From NCBI RefSeq assembly GCF_037042905.1, contig NC_087245.1, positions 14,448,001 through 14,512,000 on the forward strand: a stretch of DNA of 64,000 nt, given 5' to 3'. The notes under the pieces were generated by a model. It was not told the DNA's origin. It worked only from the letters and a program-made list of their open reading frames with translations, and searched no databases. How positions within the stretch are numbered: the stretch's first letter is position 1; each line of letters begins with the position of its first letter. This stretch comes from Lytechinus pictus. Its lineage: Eukaryota. Shown one piece after another: positions 1 through 13,800 of the stretch. The position numbers and the translations under genes are program-made.

Positions 1-1304
1 AAATTAGCAAGATAGGACTTGACATCCACAATATATGCGACATGGGTATCAAGGAACAGTCGTTATATGAACCGATTAGCAGATCTACAAAATTGCAATC
101 CAAAGAAAAGACAATATGTAAGCGGGTAAGCTACAGCAATACGAGTGACGAATCGGTCACGTGTAAGGAAACGAGATTTAAAAAGAAAGATGTCAATTCA
201 AATCGGTACAGTCCTACAATTAATACGACATCGTCGATATTCATACACAATGGAAACAACATTCCATCGTATATCTCGGATTGCCCATGGCTACAAGAAT
301 GTTATTATACGAGTCTAGGGCCAGGGGTATGTCAAGCTGGCACCAGGGAATGCGAGTCATCTGATTTTGAAAGTGATCTCGATCAAAATCATGAAGACTA
401 TGAACTTACAAAACCTCGCGTCAATGACATTCTTATAAACGTTGCTTCCATGGTCTCGCTACCTTCGGAAAAAACGAAGAACGATGGGAAAGTGTGTAAT
501 GTAAAGTATAATTCTTGCCCACCTTCTACCGCTATTACTTATACCAAAGAAAGAGATCGGTGTCCAGCTCAGCATGACGTCGGGAGGCACTTCCTCTCCG
601 ATCACGTACTTCCACAGGAAATGAAAATGTCTAAACTCACTTGCACAACCCAGCCCACCCAGCTTCTCGTTTTGCCTCAAATTGACGTAAAGAGTAATTT
701 TCACTCCCGTACACCAAGAGAAAGTACATCGAAGAAGAAGAAGGCTTGGGGATCACCGGAATCACCTGTCAAGAACTTCCAACCACAATTCCGCGAAGGG
801 GCAAATGTTCCTAAGATTCAGAGTGCACCCAAAGACCAATTTAAATCCGGGTTAATGTGTTCAACACGTGAAATTAATGGCGGAAAGAATGTTAGTAGCA
901 ACGAGACGGGTTTCGTCAAATGTGCAACAAAGAAGGATAAATCCCTACAATATTTCCGGGAATATAGAGTGAACAAACGTGACAAATATAGTGCCAGGTA
1001 CAGTAGCGATAGCATACTTGCTTCTATCAAGACACAGTATGGTGAGGATCAGACCGTGATAAACGGATCTTCTCTGATGGGGATGACCTCATCAAACCTT
1101 CGAAAAACATATGCTTCAAGGGCAGAACGTCTGGAGTACTCGCCTTTGACTAGCCTTAACACTGATTTGGCTCGTTGTGTGAGTACACCGACGATTCGTC
1201 TGCCCTCGGGACCATGTCCTGAAAGAAGGTTACAGGGAATGACCCTTCGTGAATCTTGTTGCTCAAGCCAACCGAATGAACCGAAACGGGCCTCTAATAA
1301 GTGA
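1..1304 (+). CDS. Uncharacterised Ser/Thr/Lys-rich, probably disordered protein; likely the large terminal exon of a gene that starts left of the window
   Basis: 420-aa ORF (42-1304). The same frame is open from base 3 to the ATG at 42, so it may be 5'-partial. GC content is higher than in the flanks. TAA at 1302-1304 is followed by AATAAA at ~1367. No recognisable domain. Confidence 0.6.
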   Translation, partial: ISKIGLDIHNICDMGIKEQSLYEPISRSTKLQSKEKTICKRVSYSNTSDESVTCKETRFKKKDVNSNRYSPTINTTSSIFIHNGNNIPSYISDCPWLQECYYTSLGPGVCQAGTRECESSDFESDLDQNHEDYELTKPRVNDILINVASMVSLPSEKTKNDGKVCNVKYNSCPPSTAITYTKERDRCPAQHDVGRHFLSDHVLPQEMKMSKLTCTTQPTQLLVLPQIDVKSNFHSRTPRESTSKKKKAWGSPESPVKNFQPQFREGANVPKIQSAPKDQFKSGLMCSTREINGGKNVSSNETGFVKCATKKDKSLQYFREYRVNKRDKYSARYSSDSILASIKTQYGEDQTVINGSSLMGMTSSNLRKTYASRAERLEYSPLTSLNTDLARCVSTPTIRLPSGPCPERRLQGMTLRESCCSSQPNEPKRASNK

Positions 1305-1430
1305 TGATTTGTGAATTGACTGGGAATAAGAAACTTTGTGGTCGCGGAAACTTGAAAGAACGGATGAATAAAAACATGAAAAGGGTATACCATTGTACAC
1401 CAACATCTCTAGGCGATCACCATGTTGATC

Positions 1431-3593
1431 CAGTGGTGGCGTAACTACGAGGGGCACGTGCCTATCGGCCATATTCAAAACAAAACAAAATTCGGCTGGC
1501 AAAAAAAAAAACCGGGGGAAAAGAAGTAAAAGAGGGAGAAAGAATGAGAAATGTAGTGGGGGTGAATAAGAAGAAAATATTGTATATCATATCACATTGT
1601 GTTATGTAATATTATACATATATTACATAGTATTTTTTCATATTCTTTCAAACATAGTTTGCTTAGGGCCTATGTGTTCATCACCCCCGGTGATCGCATT
1701 GTCTGTTTGATAAGAATCCTGTTCAAGGGGATTAAATGGTACTAAAGCTATTTCATGTAAAATTATGAACCAAGTTTCTTACGATTGGTCAGATTTCATT
1801 AACCATGTTAACCGTTTCGACTAATGTCGATAAGATTTTTTAAGCGGTTTGTGAGATATGGTTTTGCATCTTTATCTCTGGTTTTCTACATAAATTGTAA
1901 TTATGTTTTTGTTTATGTTTTTTTGTAATGATGATGATTCATTTCATGACAAGATTGTATATTTTCATCTATTGTTGTATACCTGTTAAACACTTACTAG
2001 CTGATTATTTTTTGTACATTGACTATGAAAGCAAATGTAAACTGAGGCTATATATTGAACAAAACGCCCTACTGTGGGGTGAAAAAGAAATTGAAAAAAA
2101 ATTATCCCATTGTCAAGTCAATGTAAACCAAATATATTTTCTCGCACTTCGAGCTTTTATCATTTTATGTAGGTGACATATGCTTCTTTTTTGTGACTAC
2201 TAAAAGTGTGATTGCCCCCTTTTTCGGTCTGAATATAAAACATTTCCAGTCCGTGCTTATGTTCGCATGAGTGGATTAGTGAAATATGTCTGCTCTTCAT
2301 GAATTCCTAAAAACGGTTCCTAAAATTCTCCCTTTTTCTGGTCTAAATATGACAAATTTTCGGTTCGCGCTCGCGTCATTTAATTAGTGAAATACGTATT
2401 GACGCTCGCATTAGATGACTGGTGAGATATGTATGCTTCTCATGAATTCTAAAAAAAACCGATCCTTTGAATGTCCTCGTTTGGGGTCAATATGAATATA
2501 ATTTTCCGCTCGCGCTTCGCGCTCGCATTGTCTGTTTAGTGAGACAGTATTACATGATTACAAAAATTTCGTATAAAGTCCCTTCTTTAGGTCTGATTAT
2601 CGAAAATTTTCAGCTCGCGCTTTGCGCTCGCGTTATTTGATCTGTAAGATATGGCACAGTCCTCGAAATATATCTATTAGATTAGTATACCTGGCTGTTC
2701 GTGAGCGCGCTTCGTGTGCGCCCACTAAGGGTGCGTTTATCCGCCACTTTTTTACCCTAGAATCATGATCTGAATCATGATTCAAATCATGATTCTGCAG
2801 AATCACGATTGCGTTTAGTCGAAATTGAATATAATCATGATTAGAATCACAAACATGAAACACGAAAAAAGGGGCGTTTGGAAAGACGTTTCTGCAGAAT
2901 CACGTACGAAAATGTTCGAATAAACGATATCGTGATTACAATCATGATTCTATGACGTCATTGTGTCGGGCTACTTTAGGTTTGACTCTTGCCAAGCTCA
3001 AGACGCACTATATGCTCAGTGCATTTATACATCATATGATATGCATGCTTTCCGTGTTGGGCATCGCATCGTCCACTTCTTTTCATCTTTTTTTTGTCAT
3101 GTCTTCAACTTCAAGTGAACTAGTAAATGAACTAACTGAACAGACAATGATATCAATTGTTGTTGAGTTAACAAGTGTCAATATGAAATTGGATCTACGC
3201 TAAAATTTACATCCGAACACAATTTTCGATAAACCGACAAGAAGAATAATAGGTAAACAAATTGTGGTATAATAGACTGAATTCGGAAGGTACAGGATTG
3301 ATTTTTCGGGAGCCAAAACACGTGCGAAAAAAGTTGACCTAACTTCCTCTGTCAAACTGCGCACTGTGATGCGCACTGGATCGGTCCGAATCCGAGGAAA
3401 AACAGCTTTAAAATGAAGGTCGTCTGAACGCTGATTATGTGGTATTGTGATTCATGTTTGTGTTTTGAATCATGATTCAAATCATGATTAGAATCATGAT
3501 TCTGACTTGAGGTCGCATAAACGCAGCCTAAGTGACTCCAAATTTTTGATGGTCACCCCCCCCCCCCATTCCGTGACCCACGGTACGCCACTG
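1431..3593. mobile_element. Non-autonomous hAT-like DNA transposon with 8-bp TSD TGTTGATC
   Basis: Ends CAGTGG(TG)GCGTA... and ...TACGCCACTG form imperfect TIRs. An identical 8-mer TGTTGATC lies at 1423-1430 and 3594-3601. The interior has repeated GCTCGCGCTTCGCGCTCGC motifs. No transposase ORF. Confidence 0.8.
2729..3528. mobile_element. PIF/Harbinger-like MITE nested in the hAT-like element
   Basis: TIRs GGGTGCGTTTAT / ATAAACGCAGCC are flanked by TAA on both sides (2726-2728, 3529-3531). Subterminal AATCATGATT repeats occur at both ends. Confidence 0.75.
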
Positions 3594-4835
3594 TGTTGAT
3601 CTTTCATAGCGTCAATAAATGATTTCACTAGATTTTTCCTCTTTTTTGAAGGAGTAGTCCTAATAGTCACTTCTTAGCTTTATTCTTCTAAATCAACATG
3701 AATATATAGTAATCCTTATTTAAACAGTGCGAGCGCAAACTGAAATTTTGTTATATTTCTACCTAAAGAATGGAAATTCTAAACACTTTTTGTTATCATG
3801 AACAATTAAACAATAGATGCGAGTGCGAAGCGCGAGCGAAAAAAAAATCGAGATTTAGGCCTAAAAGCGGACTTTATTCATGTTTTGTAAATCATGAATA
3901 GGATGAATGATTTGGATCTTCCTACATTAATAATGCAATCGCAAAGCGAGCGGGAAATTTGAAACTGTTTATTTGATACCTTAATGACAGAAAATGGTCA
4001 AGAGTAAAAAGGTTATGTTCCCTCGAAACAATGCATGTATTTCCATAATTTCATTAAATAAACGTGTTTTCACCGGTTGCCCACAGAAGCTATCGCTAGG
4101 TTAACAAAAGACTGAATGCTTGGCTGATCGTCAACAAAACGGAGTGTCGAGTGAGTCTGAACGCTAGCCTGTAAAACCTCTTCGTTTGATGAAATTATTG
4201 AAATTCAAGGCTTATTTAAAATAACCAGAACTTTGTTATTTCTTGACCATTTTATGTAATTGAGGTATCAAATTAAAGAACAGATATTGAACTTTTTCCA
4301 AAATGTGGTTTTCTTTTTGAAACCCAGATGCGGCCCGCCAAGTGACTTTTTGGTATCCCCTCTTCAAATTGTTTTTGCTCACTCATGCGTGAATGAGAAA
4401 TAATCTAAGTAATTTCATATGAAAGAGGAGATTCTAAGCTTTACATTGGTAGGTCATTTGTCTATTTTATTAGTGATTAACTTATGATAAATCATCGCTA
4501 AATCTCGATTTCGTTTTTTGTGGGACGCATTGTATAGATACTACATGTATATACGTTAATGACGGTATGTGCCATTTTTGTCAGAAATATAGTCTGTGGA
4601 ACGTCCCCCGGTGGTTTACCTGTTTACTAGATAAACTTTTCTTTCTGTGAAAAAATCAGTTATTTGTCTCAAATTATCTCATAAGAAAGACATGTATATA
4701 TTGTTAATTTTGTAATAAAACCACGTGATTTTCATAGTATTTTGAGATGTTTTAAAATCATTGGCTCTTACACATTCAAGTAGGGCTTAAAGTTGTTGGT
4801 GTTCATCCTAAGATGAATAAAATAAAAATAAACAC

Positions 4836-5110
4836 TATTATATTATATTGTATTATATTATATTATATTATATTATATTATATCATATTATATTATATTA
4901 TATTATATTATATTATATTATATTATATTATATTATATTATATTATATTATATTATATTATATTATATTATATTATATTATATTATATTATATTATATTA
5001 TATTGTATTATATTATATTATATTATATTATATTATATTATATTATATTATATTATATTATATTATATTATATTATATTATATTATATTATATTGTATTA
5101 TATTATATTT
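4836..5110. repeat. (TATTA)n pentanucleotide microsatellite
   Basis: About 270 bp of near-perfect TATTA tandem repeats. Confidence 0.97.
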
Positions 5111-7066
5111 TATTACATCATATACATTACATAATAATTTTTTAATACCTTTATGAAATATTATGTGTTCATCACTCCTGTTGCTAGCATTGCTAATCCT
5201 GTTCAAGGGGATTAAATGATACTAAATTATTTAGTTTTCAAGTCAATATACACCAACTATATGTCTTCGCACTTCGAGCTTTTATTATTATATGTAGTTA
5301 TATCTTTTTCATGAATACTTAAAGAGACTGCCCCTTTTGGTCTGCTAAATATTTAAAATTTCCACTCCGTGCTTACATTTACATAAGTGGATTGATGGGA
5401 CATGTCTGCTCTTCATGAATTCTCCAAACCAGTCCTTAAAATGCTCAACTTACCCCATGGGTGGGGCAAGTTAAGCCATTTTTTTTTTTAAAGGTGACAG
5501 TGACTTTCAGTGTGGGGATAGAATGTTATATAAACTGAGGTAAAAATGTTTCCCAAGAATTAAATTTGAATTGAAGTAAATCATTTCTACAAGATTATGA
5601 ATCATATAAGTTCTAATATGAAAAAAGCAAAAGATTGCTCAACATACTTCGCCTTCCCCTACCCATGCCCCGGACTGATCCGCAAAGCAGAATCCCACGA
5701 ATAAAAATTTTGTCCACTTTCATGACTTAGACGTTAGAGGAAATAACACGTAAAATTAATGCGATTCGAGGAAGAAAATTCCACAAATCTACCAGATGTT
5801 AAGGTATTTTCACCCCTACCCCCCCCCCCCCAAAAAAAAGAGAAAACAATAATACCCCATATGCATTGAAGTGATTTATAAGAATTAGCTTATGTCATTA
5901 ATCGCATTAATTTAAACCGACACACATTGCTTTGAATGTATGAGTTTATTCAAGCATAATGAACATGCACTTGAAACGTGATGTTTCATCATGCTTACAG
6001 CCTGCACGATATGCCTCCTGGTATTGAACTTGTCCTTGGTGCACAGCTGCGGTAATTTGTCTGGGTTCGAGGTTTTTTTTTTTCATTTGTGGAAAGTAAA
6101 TAATATCACACTCAACTATACCGGATATCTCAGAAAAAATAGGAATAATACGTGTGGACTTTAGATAGGCGTACTCAGTTTACAAAATAATGAAAGTACG
6201 TTGCTGATGGTGGTGGTGGTGGGTGATTGTGGTAATGATGATGATGATGATTAGGATGATGATGTTGGTGCTGATGAAAATGATAATGATGATGATGATG
6301 CCTATCAGTATATCAGTATTATTGATACCAATATGGCTCATCTGGGGATGGACCGCGACATGATTAAACGGGCTGCAGGGGGTCACTGTCCCTCTTTCGT
6401 TTTTCATGTACAAAAAAAATGGAAGGTGAAGGGAGAAAAAGGTTGGAAAGGCTCTTTGAGAGTACTGGGACGTATAAATCTACCCATGAAATAAAGGAAG
6501 GTGTCTTCCTATCCTAGTTGAATGGCGTGCCCCTGTATTTTTTTATTTTCATAGAATACATTTTTGTTAAATGAATTCATCTTAGCATGGTCATGCTTTA
6601 GTATGATCAATAATGAAGACCTAATTCTTTTAACAAATAATGTGCCGTTCTTTGTTATAAACTTTCCTTTTTGGGACCCCCTATTTTATTCGGGCATATC
6701 ACTATCCATTTATTCATTCATTGATTTATTGACGCGCCAATAAATCACTTCACTCGGTTCCTTACACTTTTTGTTATTTTTTTTAATTCTCATTTTATTG
6801 GGATGAAAATAGGATTGACATACCAACAGAGGATTTGTTACCTTCACAAATTAGGACAAACAAGAACGTCACAGTCATGAGCAAATTAAATGGTTTGTAA
6901 TGTTCGCAGTGCATATACATTCCTCTGTTTATCCACCAGCTGGCAACGCACGCCGCGCGCTTGGAGACTTGCCACGCTCGTTCAATGAGTAATCAAACAC
7001 CCCTCAATGACAACGATCTAGTTCGACTGCACACGATAGCCTCTCATTATTGCATCATAACTCAGT

Positions 7067-7864
7067 ATGCCTACTTCATCCAATATCGATATGATGGGTG
7101 AGGGTGACAACACCGTTGACGAGGAAGTCAACTGGTTAGACTGTGTATCGGCCATTGAAACCGACAAAGGAGTTGTTTATTTTTGTAACGTCGAGTATTT
7201 TTCACAGGGTGAAGACCCGACGGGTATAGGATGCGAACAAGATGAAGGATCATCCTTGGATTACAAACAGAATGAAGTCAAGCTTAGGAAGATACCGGAT
7301 GAAGTCAATAGTGTGGAGTGTTCTGAGAAAGGGCGGGTACTTGAGGGAAAGCCAACTAAACCTCTGTTAACGCCTGTGACAGACTTTGTGTCTCGTTTTC
7401 ACCGACTAGGTCAAGGGTGTTTCATGTATTCGATCACCGCCTACAACCCTCAAGACACGCAACAAGACAAGGTCCAGAACTGCAGGAGCAACCAACTGCT
7501 CTTTGCGGATCTCCGTGGCGCCTTCCCTGACTGTGACGTCTTCAAGAACTTTTCCTATTTCCCAGGTAGACCACATCACTTCGAACGGGGATACACGGTA
7601 GTTCTACCATTGGCTTACCAAAAAGATCACGAAGGTATCCTTCACAATCTTGCCCTAAAGTACAAGCAAGCAGCCTATTTCAAGTGCCGTATTCTACCCG
7701 ATGGTAGGAGCACCCAAACCATTGTGCTGCTTGAGGAGTATGTGAAGGAAGTCCAGGAAAGCCTCGTCGTGGTGAAGCGATTAGGGTACCACCCTGCTTA
7801 TCTTACGAGGAAGAACAACAGTGTCTTTCATGGACTTCATGACGCTCTGAGCGTACTCTCAAAG
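7067..7864 (+). CDS. Exon 1: acidic N-terminus, DUF3293-like domain (~7424-7690) and start of the CMPK2-like region
   Basis: The motif SITAYNP-x9-N-x3-N-x2-L..DL...FERGY...LALKYKQAAY matches the remembered DUF3293 signature (ITAwNP...eN..rn..L...E.g....lar.f.Q.Ai). Donor AAG|GTAATT at 7864/7865. Confidence 0.8.
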
Positions 7865-10800
7865 GTAATTTGAAGCCAATGAAAAAAATTAGATCCCATA
7901 TCATCTATAATGTTCGTGGGGGTAGGCGTTGGTGTGTGTGTGGGGGGGGGGGGAGGCGTGCGGATGGGGCGAGGACACCAGTTGGATATATTTCGTATGG
8001 CTATAGCTTGCAATTAACTTCTAAAAATCACTTATTACTTCGGAATAAACTTTCGTTAATCCCCCCAAAAAAAAAACAACACACAAACAAACGTGTGGGT
8101 ACCAATGCAGTGATGGATTCTGAATAGTGCACCACCCTGGTTATCTAATCACGTATCCACAACGAAATACTGACAGAGCAACAAATCTGATGATTCGTTG
8201 CCTGCTTAATATTTTGGAAGCTCCACCTACCCCTCCCCCATCACTGATTGGCATGCTTTATTTATACACACACACACGGGACTTGGTCTACTATTAATAG
8301 CAGATGGTCTAATTCTCACATCTTCTAACACCATCATAACTGAACCAATTTGGTATACACTATCAGGTTACTCTAATTTCCACTTTACCCAACTATCATG
8401 TTCACTTGGTGCAACACTCTCTTGGGCTAACTTTGGTTCATAAAACCATGGAGCTATTAATAAAACGGTTCATCTAATAATACAGGGGCCGCGGAAGCGG
8501 GGGGGGGGGTCACCCCCACTTTTTTTTTCCAAAACCGTGTACAAAAACGTAAAAATGACCATAGGATTGTGATTTTTTGCATGGTCAGCCCCCCCCCCCC
8601 CCTTTTCACTTTGAAAACCGTTCCGCGGCCCCTGTAATATACACTTAGAGGTATTAGACCAAGTGAATATTAGACGAGATCTGTATAAATGGCCTAACTA
8701 GAAAGTAGACAAAATGGCGATAGTATGGTAAATGGGCTAAGAGGCAATTAAACGAGATGGTTACAGTAGTAGACGAACTAGGATTAGACCATGTTGGGTG
8801 AGACCAACTGAAAGTAAATAAGTTGGGTGTAGACTTAGCGGCAATTTAGCCCACGTATCATCACGATCATACGTCGTGCTCTTCACGTCACCACATGCTT
8901 GAAAGGCGTGAAATGATGAAATATTGATTTTATTAAGATTCCATATGCATGGTTTCGTCTATCCTAAATTAACATCAAAGTTTCGATGGGGATGATATCC
9001 GGGGGAGAATTGTGTAGAACCTTAAAGGGGTTATTCTGGCCGGGAAACAACTGAGCTATAGGATAACTATATACAAAACGTCAAAGTTTGAAGGTCAAGT
9101 CCACCCCATCAATCAAATTCAGTTGAATAAATTCACAAAAAATAAACAAGCCCTATACTGAAAATTCTTCAAAATCGGATGTAAGATTAGAAAACATTCA
9201 ATTACAAAAAATGATACTTTTCACGCACTTCGTTTACTCATAATCTAGTATTCTATTCATATTTATTATTTGTTGCAATACCCCCTTTGATATTATTAGC
9301 ACATGTACGGTTAATACACTTCCAAAATGAATAATGTTTGTAATGTAAAAGATTCAGACTCTTTTGATTTGTTATGTGTTTCTTTCCATTACTCTTTTGT
9401 TTTCTGTGTTTGTTATAATAATGATCATGATAATAAAAAAAAATTGGCATTGCTTCGTACTTCCATTCTACAGTGTGACTATTTACCCGAGGCTGGTGAA
9501 TTAATGAAAATAGCCCATTGTGAACTGACATTGTCGACGACTTGTAACCATGGAAATCAAAGAGCTTATAATCACCCAGTAATCGTGATGGAAGGAACAA
9601 GTGAGGCAGGTACGTAACCTTACTCCAAAATGGCGATCAAATTTGGGGGTTAACTTTTAAAACTGTGTCACTTTACGATGCAGCTTCTATGACGCGCTTA
9701 TAGGGAAAAGCTGAAGTTTCTCCCTCTCCACCTTTTATAGTGTTGTGACTTCTTTGGTTGCTCGACAAAATTTTGTTTAAGGCTTTTTACTTTTATTTTC
9801 TCCTTTTTTTCTCCCCTCTTGCAGTTTGCCCCTTTTTACCCCACTGTACCTCTCCCGTGAAGCACAACTATTGTTCTTAAAAACGCTCCTGCAAGTTCCT
9901 CTTTACTTCAAAGAGAAATGTAAGATTTTTTTTTTTTTTTTTTTTTTTGGGGGGGGGGGCTTTCACTTCTCTTTGCGACCGAAAATGTTAACCAGGGCCC
10001 CGTCTTACAAAGAGTTACGATTGATCCAATCAATCGTAACTCTATGGAAATCCATCAGTGTCATAATTTTTTCTACAGAAAATTTGCACAATGTCCTTTT
10101 TCACAAAGAGAAGCATAGTAAATTTTCAAGAAAACAATGAGTGATTGAATATATACATTATAGTTAGAAAATATTTTGTACAAACATGAATAATACATGT
10201 TGACGTTGCTGGCCGTCCGCAGTTGTGATTGATTGGATCAATCGTAACTCTTTGTAAGACGGGGCCCTGATCGCTCATAGAGATCCTAAAAAATCACCTA
10301 GGAATGTTTGTTGAGAGGTGTATGGTACATTCGACCAAGAAGCATGTTTTCATGCAACTTTTTCTTGACAATGCGTCATTCATTTTTTTACGCAAAAGGT
10401 CTCATAATTATGGAAGAGGAAGAGGAATATTTAAGTTAAGAAATTGTTTTCTGAATAGATAGCAGTAAAAGTCAGCAAAACTCACTCAAAATCATAATTT
10501 GCTCGTGCAAATGGAAATTTTGTACCACCAATTTTCATTTTTGTAACTCGGTCATCCGGGCATTATGAACGTTGAGATACATGGATCTCAAATGAAAGAA
10601 GAAAAATATATCTTTCCATTCTTGTACATTTTATGAAGCAAATTTATGAAGATGATAGGACAAATTTAAACGGAATCACGTTTTTTTTTGCCTGTGGGAC
10701 GCACTAGATATATAGTGGGGTTGATTGAAAGACCGATTATTGCATGTTCAATGCATTCAATATTTGTTTAGTCCTATCCCCTCTCCTCTCCTCGAAATAT

Positions 10801-13800
10801 ATATATTATTATATATAGTATTTCATTACCTAACTACTATAGTACCTTGGTAGCTCGAGATAGAGCCGGTTGAATAACAATTGCCCTTTGGTTTCACTGA
10901 CAAATGTGTTTCAATCTAGCAATCACGGCTATTTATATTATCATTGTTGTTGTTTATTGCCTTTATTATCATCTTCAATATTATTATCATTAGAATTATT
11001 ATCATTATTATATCAATCAAAGTTAGGTTCGGTATCTCCATAATATGTTCTTTATAAAGTCTTCGCTATTGTATTCAATTTATGTAGAGAGTAAAATAAT
11101 GATTATGAAAAAGGGGCAATACATATTTTTTCAATTTTCCCAATGTGCAGTGCTCACGAATATTCATGAATGATAAACTGGTCGGTGATAGGCCTTCAGA
11201 AAATTCACTCGTCATTATTTGCTTGGTCATTAAACGTCTTAAGAAGACTTGTCTTAATCTAGATATGAAACCACAAAGACATTCATTTATTTCTTATTTA
11301 CCCTAAATTTCATTGTGCAGATATCTTTGTTGATTGATACTTTAACAAACGTTTCCATAATATACAGGGGCGGATCCAGCCTTCGCCAATAGGGGGGCCC
11401 GGAATTTTTTTTCAGCCACATTTTCCCCGATCGGCCGCTCGAAGTTAATTTTTGTTTGTTTATATATAAATATATATTAATATAATATCATAAGCCTTAT
11501 TTAAAAGTGCGAGCTTTTTTTATTTTATGTATTTTGTCTTAAAATTTAAACATTTTGGGCAATGTTTATGATCTTAAACGAGATGTGTATCCAACTAAAT
11601 AATTGCTGCGAGCGCGAAGCGCGAGCAGAAACTTTTAATATACGTTTTGATTTGATAAAAAGGGATCTGCTAACGGCAGCTTGTTAGCCATGATAACGTT
11701 ACATATTTCAACTATCAAATAATGCGAGCGTGAAGCGCGAGCTGAAAATTTTGACATTTCTACCTGAAGAATGGAAAAGGAAAAGTTTAACTAAATAATT
11801 GATGCGAGCGCGAAGCGCGAGCTGAAAAAAATTAAAGGGGAATCCAGCCTTGGCCATAAAATGTTGTGTTGGGAAGGAGAAAAATAAATTAAACAGAATT
11901 GTGAAAGTTTGAAAGAAATCGGATAAGCAAAAAGAAAGTTATAGCTGCTTTAAAATTGAGATCACTAATACTATGTAGATTTCAAATTGGCAACTGGGTA
12001 AGTAAATTATGACAAGGGGCAAGGACAACTTTTCCATAGGCCATGTACTTTATTATCAGGGATTTGTGGTTTTCTCTTAAGTACCCATTCCCCTGGGGGA
12101 GTAATCTAAATATAACCCAGGTAGTATATTGTTTTATGTCCTCATGAAAGAAAAATATAATTTGAAATAAAACTTTTGGGAAAAATGACATTATAGCCAT
12201 AATATGTATTGGAGTACATGGAAGAGTAGTCCTTGCCTTACATCACTATGACATCCCATATGCGGCCAATTTGAAGTCTCCATGGGTATAGTGATTACCA
12301 ATATTTACAACTTTTAAAAATGCATAACTTTCTTGTTGTTTGTCCAATATTGTTCAAACTTTCACCTATCAACTTGTCTGATTTTTCTTTTCCTTATAAA
12401 AACACGTTTTTATTTGGGTAGGATTTCCCTTTAAGATTTAAACTCTAGATATTTTGTAAATCATGAAAAGGATGAGTAATTGGAAATCTTCCTACATTAA
12501 TAATGCGAGCGCAAAGCGCGCAAGCAGAAAAAAAAATATTTTTTTAATATACGTTTTGATCTGATCAAAAAAGGATCTGTTAACGGCTACTTGTTAGCCA
12601 TGATAACGTTACATATTTTAACTATCAAATAATGCGAGCGCGAAGCGCGAGCTGAAAATTTTGACATTTTTACCTGAAGAATGGAAAAGGAAAAGTTTAA
12701 CTAAATAATTGATGCAAACGCGAAGTAAGAGCTGAAAAAAATAAGATTTAAACTCTAGATATTTTGTAAATCATGGAAAGGATGAGTAATTGGAAATCTT
12801 CCTACATTAATAATGCGAGCGCAAAGCGCACAAGCAGAAAAAAAAATTATATACGTTTTGATCTGATCAAAAAAAGATCTGTTAACGGCTACTTGTTAGC
12901 CATTATAACGTTACATATTTTAACAATCAAATAATGCGAGCGCGAAGCGCGAGCTGAAAATTTTGACATTTCTACCTGAAGAATGGAAATTCTAAGCACT
13001 TTTTGTAATCGTGAAAAGGATAAGTATATAACTAAACAATTGATGCGAGCGCGAAGCGCGAGCGAAAAAATTCTGGACACTCTATTCATGTTTTGTCAAT
13101 CATGAAAAGGATGAGTAATTGGAAATTTCCCTACATTAATAATGCGAGCGCAAAGCGCGAGCAGACATTTTTTGATATTGTGATCTGAAACTGGATAATG
13201 ATTTAGATAGAGAACAATCTGCGGATCTGAATAAACGAGTGTTTCAGATTCGACCTAGTATTTGGGTATTCTAAATACCTTTCTTATCATGAAAATCAAT
13301 AAAGCGAGTGCAAAGCGCGAGCTAAAAATACAAGATATTCCCATCTAAAAAAGGGTAAATTTAAGCTCTGTATTTCAAGAACTTTGTGGGAGAATTGTGA
13401 GGTGGGTATGGATCACAGTTAAAAAAGAGCTAATATGTTTCATTAATATTACTTTGAGTTTTTATATAGGACCGGGACATTCTATAGGGACATTATGTCA
13501 TCATATGAAAATGATGACTATCTTCCTATTTCCCTTCTTAAGCATGCATAGCGCAAAATCAGTTAATATTATGGCCTGAAAACTGGACGTTTAAAGCACT
13601 TTTGTAATTATGAATAAGATACACGAGTTAAATATCTTTCAACAATCAATGCGTGCGGAAATCGCGAGCCGAAATTTTTGATAAACTGTTATCAAAATTG
13701 GGGAGTTTAATATACTTGACTCACCCATCAAAATGCGAGCGTGCAGCGCTAGCTGATACGTTTTGACAATATGACCCGAATAGGGATATTTTGATAACTT

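Noticed and set aside
4813..5156. Ile/Leu/Tyr-repeat ORFs (YYIIL)n
   Set aside because: These are translations of the (TATTA)n microsatellite, which lacks stop codons on this strand.
6180..6413. Poly-Ile/His ORF (similar ones at 24305 and 34330)
   Set aside because: These are translations of (GAT/CAT/TAT)n trinucleotide repeats.
7067..7873. Stand-alone intronless DUF3293 gene or bacterial contamination
   Set aside because: A phase-compatible donor at 7865 and continuous CMPK2-like sequence across the junction favour it being exon 1 of a spliced gene. The flanks are typical animal repeats.
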